Positions 1-10,559 of a stretch of DNA of 64,000 nucleotides are shown piece by piece. The notes beneath the pieces were generated by a model. That model did not search any database, was not told the DNA's origin, and saw only the letters and a program-made list of their open reading frames with translations. Within the stretch, counting starts at the first letter, position 1. Every line of letters starts with the position of its first letter. The translations under genes were made by a program, and so were the position numbers. Source of the stretch: Balanoglossus misakiensis (Eukaryota; Animalia; Hemichordata); the NCBI GenBank assembly GCA_040954595.2, contig CM082597.2:4903244-4967243 (forward strand), in the 5' to 3' direction.

Positions 1-88
1 GATGTTGTGTGATGTAGTGTGGTGTGATGTGTGTGCTGCTGATGTTGGTGGTTGTGATGGTGATGATGATGATGATGATGATGATGAT
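1..88. repeat. GT-rich low-complexity tract ending in a (GAT)n microsatellite
   Basis: Degenerate GTGAT/GTG units followed by about nine GAT units at ~62-88. Confidence 0.95.
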
Positions 89-207
89 ACTGTATCGAAG
101 TAAGTTTTCAGCGGATATGAAAGTACAATAACGTATTATTATGTAAGAAAGGTCTGTTCTTTCTAGTGTGCAGTGATGAGGGCTTGTTCTAATATTATTT
201 TGCGTTA

Positions 208-557
208 TTAAAGTAGAATGTGCCTCGAAAATCAGAGTCTTAAACTTTCTCTCATGTTTTACTCAAGGCAACTTTTGATTGTTCTCTCTTAAAATTGAAT
301 TTAATAACATTTGTGCATAACCATGTAACATGTTGAATGATTGAGCAAAATTGTGTCAAAATCGAAGCACAAAATGGCCGCCAATCTCCGTGTTAAGTCT
401 ATGAAGAAAATTTAAAGTAGCGATCGTCGTGAAAACAAGACGGTGAACACCCAGTTTCCTTCCCTGTTTTCAAAAAGACTCCCCACACGCTTTAATAGCG
501 TTTGGAGGACTATAATTTTCCTGAAAATCTGTCACCGATACGCGTTCTAGTACCTTA
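208..557 (+). mobile_element. Near full-length, diverged non-autonomous DNA transposon (MITE) of a TTAA-ended family, Kolobok-like
   Basis: Left end TTAAAGTAGAATGTGCCTCG and right end ...ACGCGTTCTAGTACCTTA are degenerate inverted repeats. The left arm aligns with the reverse complement of 25521-25633; the core CAAAATGGCCGCCAATCTCCGTGTTAA aligns with 14405-14512 and 35320-35466. Superfamily is inferred only from TTAA followed by purines. Confidence 0.75.
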
Positions 558-1350
558 TTACACCATTAAGTAGGTCTGTAGTAGATGCACATTTCACTGC
601 CATCACTAAGCTTACAGTCATTTTTGTAGCATTACGGTCACATGTTAAGTTTTAAACCTATCACAAATTACCGAAGTCACTGCTCATAATTATACTATAA
701 CCATTCACGTGACCGGAAGGCTCATTTACGAAACTCCCCGCAGCCATATTAGTTACAGTTCAGCTTTGAAGTCACAAAGTCATCGGTAGGCCGGTCAATG
801 GCCCGCAGTTCGATTCCCGACTGTCTTCTCTGCCTCCGGTGAAACCATAATATGATCAAAAACTGCGGAAATGATTTCATCCTGTTTTTGATTTTTTTAC
901 CCTTGTTTTCTCTGCTCGAGACGGATATCTGCATGGATTGATGTCAAAGGCGCATTTTGTTGCTACGCAACCACGCACACGACAACAGTCGAAACCTGAA
1001 TATTTTTTCTGTCCGTTATGAATCCACACAACTTCGGTTTGGACCACACAACGAGCTAGGCCTTAAGAGATTGACAAGACATAAAAGTCGCCATCTTAAC
1101 ATTGACATGTTTTTCTGCTGAATGAAACAAACTAACAAACCGGACTCTCCGTTGTCAAGGCGCTGGCATGTACGCCCGGAAAATATAGCACACACACGTG
1201 ATGCACACGTGGTGTGAGTTTTTCGATAGCATATGACAAGACACCGAAAAGATAATTCTGCACTTAAATTTCACATTGCGCGCTGGTCAGGTATGGGGAC
1301 TGCAATATCGTGTACACAGTAGACATGGACTCCACGGCACGGTCACCTCG

Positions 1351-1482
1351 TAGACTCTCTCACAGCCCCTCTCTCGTCGTCCATGCAGGCTTATGGACTG
1401 ATTGCATCTTCTCCTTTGCTAAGCAGTTGAGGGTGCATCAGTGAAGAGCCTTGTAGCGAACCGTGGGCTGTGAGAGAGTCTA
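1351..1482. mobile_element. 132-bp MITE with perfect 18-bp TIRs and a 10-bp target-site duplication
   Basis: TAGACTCTCTCACAGCCC (1351-1368) and GGGCTGTGAGAGAGTCTA (1465-1482) are exact reverse complements; GGTCACCTCG flanks both sides (1341-1350, 1483-1492). Confidence 0.95.
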
Positions 1483-2564
1483 GGTCACCTCGATGCAAAC
1501 ATAACACAGGTTATCTTTCTCTTTATAATATGAAAATCGCAGTATCCATGACACCATTACGGTTACCATGGACACATCGCCATACTAAAAAGACATGAAA
1601 GAAAGTGACAGTTGGTGTAAAGTTTTGGCTAACTTAAGTAAACTCAAAACAACTCGAATTAGCTTTCTGGCGCTAGAAAATACTAAAAATCATTGCTAGG
1701 ACCGTGGCGCTTGCAAACATAATGTCGATCTTTTCTGCACATTTCCACTTAACACATTTAATCGTCGTTGAACGTAGAACGCGCTATAATTGTCGAGGGG
1801 CGCTCGATAAAAAGTCCTGAAAGTACACCCTTTGTGACTTTTCAATTTATTTTTACTTGTTCAATATCCTTCTTTTGTCCCCAGTCATTACCACAGTGAA
1901 GTCAGAAATGTGGTTCCATTCACGCATAACTGTTCGCCCCAAATCATAAAACCCAAATCTTCTGTCACAGTCTAATAACACCACTTCACTAAAAACACGC
2001 CTGGCATTTTTCTTAACTGTTTCCATGGAAACGAAATAATCAGCGTGCAGTGCATGTCTCAAATAAAAGAAAAACTTTAATATTTTAGTAAGTGTAAGAG
2101 CTGAGAGCATATGGAAGATTGTGTGAAATACGTAGTTACATGCTTTCTATAGATTTGTTGTATGTCATAAACGTGGGAACATAGCTTTTATTGAGGAGTA
2201 ATAGTTATGGTATTAAGCGGGTACGGTAGGGCTTGAGTATATATAAAATACTTGTGTTGGACATGCGGGGGTGCGGGGTAACAACAAATGATCAAGATTG
2301 GGTTATAAATAACTCCAGTGCAGATGGGTGCTGACTTGTCGAAAGTACTGTGGGAATTTCTTCCCCGAGGTGCTTCTATCTCACGTTCATTTGATTCTCT
2401 CTCCCGGAGATGCAAGTGGCCAGCACCGGGCAGATTGAGTGGTCATCCCCGCTGAATAAAGTCCTGTTCGTGTACTTTTGGTTGAGCCTCGGTTAGTATG
2501 GAGATTGGCGTATGTCTCTCTCGCTGCCCCTTTTCCGTTAATTAGTTTGATACAAGACACCGTT

Positions 2565-2765
2565 ATGATATTCTACATGTGGATATACAGTGAATCAACG
2601 TTCGACAACACGTGAATTCCATCCCGTTTGTAGGATATGAGAGTAAAAATCTCGCCATAATGAATAAACGGTAAACACCGATTATTCGAGTTTTTCACTC
2701 CCGTGTCTGCTAGAGGGATGGAAGGTGTGTATGGTCGAACGTTAGTTCTACATGTAGAATAACAT
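2565..2765. mobile_element. Degenerate ~200-bp palindromic (foldback) element
   Basis: Nested inverted blocks: ATGATATTCTACATGTGGA/TCTACATGTAGAATAACAT, AACGTTCGAC/GTCGAACGTT, TTCCATCCC/GGGATGGAA, GAGTAAAAATCTCG/CGAGTTTTTCACTC around a centre near 2668. Confidence 0.8.
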
Positions 2766-4453
2766 ATGTTTTGTGCACGCAGTTAAATCAGGTAGTCAAA
2801 TAATATTGATATTTTTTATGACAAAAAGTCTATTTTCCACTAATACTAAATCATGCTATCGAATTTCTTCAGTGTAAAATATGGTGCCTTTTCTCTTCAA
2901 TATTGTAAATCCAATTACAATGTTAACACGAATACAAACTGATGGGAATGATAAAAGTTGTCAAACTAAGCTGAAAGGGAATTACTTTTCTCTTCGATAT
3001 GTTGAAAATAATCACAATATCCATCCATTATTTTTCAAGCTTAGAATGATAATTAACATAATAAAGTGACGCCCACGAATATGACACCCACGAAAAGGCC
3101 ATCGGCTGAAAATCTTTGTTGCAACTTGCGTAAAATGTTTCTTCATGTTGATACATGGAAAAGTGAATTTATTGCAAAAAAGGAAAACTAGTGATTGTTG
3201 GGCAGCCTTCTTTTTTATTTTATGTTCGCCTGAAGAACACAAACAGCGACACATACCAAAAAACAACAAACAAACAGAAAACACTAAATGTGGCACTAAA
3301 AATAAAATACTAGTATAAGATTTCCTAGCCATACGCTAATGCAAAATTACAAATCATTCAATAATGACCATTTTGCAATATGAACTACCACCAACATCAA
3401 CTGGACTTGTTCCCGAGAAAGAAAGTTTTCTGGTAACCCATTCTCCAAAGCAGCCTAGATAACAAACATCTGTATATAACCAGGCCAGAAAACTAAAACT
3501 GTGACAACTGGGAGGTATCATCGTGTTAATACAGATAATCGTGTCACTTCCTGGACATTGAACTTGGAATATTTTAAAGAAACGGGTTACGAGAATCAGT
3601 TTCAACCATTGTTTCCATTGTCGTAAAGGCTTGCCTGGTTTACGCTATCTGCTTCACTGTATGCACGCTTGATAATTTATTAGACCTATATGCGTACAGA
3701 ATTATACACTTCACTATGCTAGAACTCATAAATAAAACCCAACCGCATGGGTAACCTTTCTGTTGAGTCAATAAAACGCAAACGTTTTCCCTGCTAGTGT
3801 GCAGTCATTTAGGCCGGTAGTTTTGTGTTTGTGCGCCTGCAGACTGTCGCAACCCGCAGTTATGTCATTTCACCCATCTCGTGGTACTGAAATGCAGGCT
3901 GGAATTCTGAAGAGCGAAATGACATGCACGGTTGACAGTAGACACGTTATCGATTGCGTTCAGCTTGTAAAATAGCGTGTGTATACACTGATCAGTCCCA
4001 CGGTAATCGCATATGCAAACTCTGGAACGGTGTGCGCGCAATTTTCAATTGCTTGTGGTGAAAGAAATACGTAATTGGCTAAATCAAACAGTAGCACTGG
4101 ATATCAAGGAGATGTATGAAACAGTGTGAAGATCACGTATTGATTAACACCACGCTCCAATTTTTCCCAGATTGGAAATTTTGGAGGGCAGGGTGTTGAG
4201 GCAGGTATGGCTTCACATGTAGGTCAGAGACCCCTACACCCCCAAGTTAGCACTGAGCGCTGGCCTGGCTCTCCGCTGCACACTGACGCCGCCTACGCGT
4301 AGTGGAGGAACGAGTCAGCGTATCGACCAGGCATGTCCAGCTGAGATTGACTTGGCTTAGCTGGGATAGAGCATTCGATTAGCCGGAGAAGGACTAAGAG
4401 TATGGTACAGAGGCTGAGAGTGTTCATGTGACCTTTAATTAAGCGAGGTCGCA

Positions 4454-4461
4454 TATAAAAG
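4454..4461 (+). promoter_or_regulatory. Consensus TATA box (TATAAAAG)
   Basis: GCATATAAAAGCC after a GC-richer stretch; ATGs at 4490 and 4502 and a GT donor at 4620 follow. Motif match only. Confidence 0.3.
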
Positions 4462-7400
4462 CCTGGTTGGATGTCATGTACTGTAGCAAATGGAATCATC
4501 AATGCATCTCGTGACGTATTTACTCTGTTCTATTATACATGTGCTGTGTTTCTGTCCTTGTTTTTGCAGCTGCATTAACCTTGAAAATGAACGTCACTTC
4601 TACGATTTCAACGACCGTGGTAATCTGTGAAGGTTAATCGCCTATTCTCTAAATTTGCTAACGCCATTGCATATCTATCTCATCATGGCAGAGATTAACG
4701 CCTCAAGAGCTGCAACTTTTTTGATTTTACTTTCCAACTTAGATTGGTCCATCTGAATAAGCTAACTGATAGGTATACATGGACATTAAAGAGACGCCCG
4801 ATTGTGGTTGTATGTTGCAATTTGGACACGTGATAAATTAAACTGGTGGCGCACCCTTTTAATCAGCCTCCATTCAACGAGTATATAACTATTGCGGTAT
4901 GTGTCGCCAAGAGATGACAAACTGATGCAAATGCAAGAAATAAGGCTTAATTTTAAAGGATAGGGGGCAGATTTGAAGTATTTTATTGTGAAAAGATTGT
5001 GAAATTTGGCAACCCATGGGCCTTTAAGGAATTGGATAATTTAACCCTCCGCAGGACCATCGCAACAAATTTTTGCAGTAGTTTGTTAGATGTCCGTGTA
5101 GTCCCGTGGCGTCTATACAGTATGTATCGACATTCAGTAACCAGCGAGGACACACTGTTCAATACAAGATGGCACAGAACGTATCACCACACATCACATA
5201 GTTTTACCAAAAAAGAAAACGACAGCGAACTAACCAGTATCTTTTCATGAAATATTTCCTCTGTAATACAGTAAGCATACCATTGAAGAAGAAAAATACA
5301 TATCAGTCATGTAACGGAGAATCATCGTTTACTTTGTCGGTCACAGTCAGCGAAGCATTTCGAACACAGATCACGGGATGTGAAAACATCGGCGCCGAAT
5401 GAACGGTATCAATTCGTCCCAACACCGAAGTGACGAAGAATATGATATATCCCTCGACGCAATTGCTAGTACACTCATACAATAAGACGAATCATGACAG
5501 GAATTGATACCGGGGATACCCAATACTCCGTTCACGACAACCTTCTGGGGCCACCTATGTCATTGAAAATAATGCTCATAAATCAAAGGTAATATTTATG
5601 CAAATATACCCACAAAAGAACCCGAATGTGTATCAAACTTCTCTAAATTCACACGCAAAGTTTATATGCCAAATGTTTTATTGAGGGAAACTGAAGTTTA
5701 TTACCCACTTATATAGCGCCTTATATAATAATATAAATAAGGTCATAAGGGCTTTAAAAACAACAAAGTATAATTGGTATCCACCATTTGCAAAGTGCAA
5801 ATTGCTCTATGTGATACAAAATTGGACAGTATATTTCGACTAATGAGAAGTCCTTAAGTTTTACTCTTACTCAGAAAACATTGACCGGACTTTGATCTCC
5901 CACGTCTGACGTGAATATTGCGCAGACGTCGAAATCCAGGTGTGTCTGTCATAGCTGTTACACCCTTAAGCTAAGGGCAGGCAGACAGCTTTGCAGAATT
6001 CACCTTTAATGGCGGTAACATGGAAATGGCATACACGTCAAAAAATGGCGCCTTGCGTTCAATGCTCCCGTGACAGCAAGTTATACCCGTAAAGACAAAC
6101 AGCCTGAGAGACAATCCTTAAATTTAACATAAAATCCACTGACGTCATGTGTCACGAATTCATGGTCTGAGCGGGGAGGAATATCGGCAGGAAAAAGTAA
6201 GCGAAGTGCGTGAGAATGTTACAAAAAGAGGGGATGGTTGTTGGTTTTTTTTGGTAGATGTGGATCTGATATGCAAAAGAGATAATGTGTTTTGGTTGGA
6301 AACGTACGACAACCATACGCACATCGTCCCCGTTTTGGCGCTTTTATCTCTGTGTCTCGCTCTATGCGCACGGAAATTGCATAGTTCGGACGTCAGCTCC
6401 ACCTGCGATAACAACAGCCCGGTTGACATCTGCTACGTACACTGAACATTACGATGCCATGGCAACATCCTTGGGAGCGCATTAGCCACCTTAGCAGGGC
6501 CCACACGTACCACTGGAATGTCAACATCACGCAACTTTTTCTCAAGAATATCAAAAGGGAACCACCGGGATGGGTCCTGGGGTGGATTGTTTACTCAGTG
6601 TGTTCGCTGTCCAATTTTAGGTCTAGACTTAATGTCAAAGAGAACTGTCTACAATACATCCACTGACTTTCATTGGTTGTGTATGCAAAGGGCATGGCGA
6701 ATAAAACACCGCGGAAAAGTAAGTTTACTAGCAGCGCTTTAAAAGACCAGTGCACTACCATAGCACTTAGACATTTCAGACGGTTGAAGGGGATACCTCT
6801 TATGAATCTGTCGGGTCATCAACGCCAGCTGACGAAAACACCATTATTGCAAGAACACTTGATATAATGGGAAGCAACTCACGTACAGTCATTGACTTCA
6901 ACACTCCCCACACTAGAGCAAACTTTTAACTGCTCATCTCAATCGATATCACACAAAATACTTTGCATTTGAGATTTACCGCACCGACACATACTAAGCA
7001 TGTATTTAATAAATTAGGTTTAGTCAACTTAGAGCGTATGTCAACCATGGATGGAAGAACTCGTTACTGACTAATTGACTCAGCACGGCAACCTGCCTTG
7101 TCCCAAGCACTCCATTTTGTTATGAGTGATATAATGAAAGAAAGGATATGTATTTGCTGAATGATGCACCGATTCTTAAATTACGCAAGTCGTGCAGCCA
7201 AATACTTGTTATTCGATACAGTGCCAAGCAGCCTACATAATTACATGTACGTGACGGAAATCGAATAGCCGGCATTGCTGAAGTGTGGCAAACTACAGGA
7301 GCTCGGTAACTGATACACGGGTCTATCTTGAGATGGCGGTGTTTTCCCGGAAAACAACTCGGTATACATGTGAAACATAAACTAAAGAAACGCATTCAGC

Positions 7401-9137
7401 CATAGTGAAAGCACCAGTTAACATTCTACAGTCGCTGTTAGCCAAGTGAAACATAAAATACAATGTATGAACAAACTATAGGGAAATAGCCTCTCGCCAT
7501 TTTCTCGTCACATGATCATTTCTGACCAATTGTGATACAGAACTTTCAGTCTTCCCGACTCGGACACACAGAGCAAGAATATCTACCTCGGATGCGCAAC
7601 AGATTAAAGATCCCGCAGAAAAAAAAAAGTAATATATTACATGTAATTGTGTTGAGGATTGTCCTGTGCAAATGTCACTTAGTATTGCTTTACGGCGGTT
7701 ATACTCATGGAAAACAGATAAGCCAATAAATACTGTAATAGCGTCTACTAATAGTTATGGTGCCAGAATAATGGCCCGATATGTCGCTACATTTCGAGTC
7801 TCATGAGTCGTGGGTTGGTGTATTCTTCTCGCTTCTCGAATCAAACACATTTGGGAGTTATTTACATTTCTTTTTTTGACAGCCTTTTTCAGTAAAGCGT
7901 CACGCGCCTCGTGCATGCAAGAGTAAATGCTGCTTGAATATAATATACTGTTAATCTACACGACAGATAATGACATCACATTACATGACTGACTACCAAA
8001 ATTCCTTTCAGACAAATTTCCTTTATTAAACGTTGTCAATCTAGCATAGCAACCTCGCTTGGTGTTTAAGTTCTATTTTTGGCTGAAGCGATCTATTTTG
8101 TCTCGAAATGTGATTTTGTATCAAGTTCCTGACACCGCGGAATGGACCAGGCGCCAAAATGCACCGTCCATGACGTGATCTGTGGAGCGTATATCGCGCG
8201 CAGGAAATTATAATTACGTGATGATGGAGTTTTCTTAAGCGGTGATGAGAATGACAAGATACAATTGCGTCTTTTGCGGGAAATCTGTCGCGTGATTCAT
8301 CATTGCTACCCAATTATGGCGGTTGGCCGTTTCCATGAGATGTCCACACTGATTTGCTAGCGTCATTCTAATTTGTTTGTTAATTCCCTTCGTGTTTTTG
8401 ATAGCTTCGTGTTATTTTCTGCATACATCATTGAAGCTCATGGATATCCGACAGCTTATATGTTGCCTATCCATCATGCGAGGTGAATACTGTGAATGTA
8501 GCCGAGGGTAGATACCTTATGTGTAACGAGCGATTTCTCTGACAACAAATTTGCATGCAGGGACAGGCATGACTGCCTAAACCAGGCAACATCAACTCAA
8601 GAGAAGAGCCCAAGTCCGCAATTAAAAACGCAGTCCTGATGGTGCATTGTGTCTTCACGTCTTGCACTTGAAAGCGAAGCGAATATCTCGCCACATCCGC
8701 CGGCTTAGCATTTGATTCGTCCATTGTCCGAGGCTTAAAGCGACCTACAGACCGAAATAATTAAATCTGATCTGGCGTCGCACACCGTGAATAGGAAAAC
8801 CCCACAGAGTCAGGCAGGGCATAACTGGTGAAACTTTCCGAACGACAGCGTAACTTAAGATTAACGCTCGAAGCATGAAAACATGTTGTGTCTTGGAATC
8901 AAAAAAGCATACTCTGGATAAGGAACGGCACACTGCGTTTCCACGCCAGCCTAGGGTCACAAGTGTGACTTAATTTAACAGTGTCACGTCAAGCGATGGC
9001 TTGCTAAGATTATACTTTCTTAGGTTGATTGTTTGTGTAATAGCCCTGCAGGTATTTGGTCATAGATGCAACAGTTACACGCTAAACCTAAGCCTAGTAA
9101 AAAAGGCATGTTGGTCATTGCGAAACTTGTATCCGTC

Positions 9138-9189
9138 ATGTATGTATGTATGTACGGTATGTATGTATGTATGTATGTATGTATGTATG
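9138..9189. repeat. (TATG)n microsatellite
   Basis: About 13 TATG units with one interruption. Confidence 0.97.
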
Positions 9190-10190
9190 CCTACGTGTGG
9201 AGATACGCATATTTTTTTTATTTGTGAGAATATGACTGACAAACTCTAAAGCTGATATCCTATATTCACAATACACTCAACAAAGAACATCTACTGCTGC
9301 ACAACGTACTTTATATTGGCGCCAACATCGAGAGTTCCAGACGCATTGAAAACATTCACTGTACTTTAAATAATGGCGTCCCAGACGACAAATCTCCACA
9401 TGTATTCATGTAATATTTTCAGAAGTCAACGCTCATCACACGTAATCACACTCATGGGTGATAATATCTCTGTCTTCTTTCCCAATTACCGAAACACCGT
9501 GCGACCGGTTAATCTTATAAAATTGCAAGCTAGGAGATTACATGGGATCCTGTTCAAATACCTTATAGTATTATATCACAATCTTTATGTTACCGCCGGG
9601 GAAAATGAATGTACAGATTTTGGCGCTCTTACTATCACACCGACTTAGAAGTTCTGCACATTTTCCATGTCATCGTCTGCAGGTTATTGGCTCGGTAGAT
9701 GTTTCCATATCTACCACGCAGTTTAGCCATGACAAGACTACAACAAACCTTTACAGCAATAACCTCAGACTATCTCCATATCAGAGATACGCAAATTGAA
9801 GGATAAATAACATGTCACAGGTAAATCTCAGTAAATCCACATTTTAAGATCGAATATTCATCAACTTGTAATGTTGGACAGATATTACTAACCCCAAGCG
9901 GGTGTCTGTAAATGCAGCAATTAATTGAGATCTTACTTGTACAAAGTATATACCAACTCTACCATTGTGCTCTTCATAGACAACCATCAACAGAAACAAA
10001 ATCTATTTTGGTCATCCCTGCAAACATTGCTCTGTTGCAATGTTTCCAACCGCATTATATGTAACGGGGTTGTACTCAACCACCTTATTCCAAATTATAA
10101 AGTAATTAAATTCCGGAAAACTTTGCTGGCACATCAGAATTAATTCAATAGGCTGTGAGTGTCCTATTAGCACTGTACAATTTGGTTACT

Positions 10191-10559
10191 TTCATAACTG
10201 CTAATTAATATTTAATATCAATAAAATAAATTGACATCGTTCACAATATTAAAATGAATTAAATTAGTAATATCAATAACACAACAATCTTCCTGTAAAT
10301 AATTACTGTAATTGAGTTGCATCTCAGGGCCATATACCATAAAATGAAAGTAATTAAATAATAGGCTATGTAACCATGAAACAGTTATCTTTCATTACTG
10401 CCAGTAAATATTTATTTGATGACAATACAATTGACATCGTTCACAATAAAACAATGAATTAAATTAGTAATATCAATAACATAACAATCACTGTAATTGA
10501 GTTGTATTTCGCAGCCACAAACAAAGTAATTAAATACTAGACTATGTAACCATGAAACA
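10191..10559. repeat. Diverged tandem duplication, period 200 bp
   Basis: TTGACATCGTTCACAATA at 10231 and 10431; AATGAATTAAATTAGTAATATCAATAACA, CTGTAATTGAGTTG and CTATGTAACCATGAAACA each occur twice in the same order. Confidence 0.9.

Noticed and set aside
3354-3470. WSC-like YLGCF...R.L peptide on the minus strand
   Set aside because: Only the first motif is present; the later cysteines are missing and a stop follows.
5404-5512. 12-bp inverted repeat CGGTATCAATTC/GAATTGATACCG
   Set aside because: No TSD or second copy; about one such pair is expected by chance in 64 kb.
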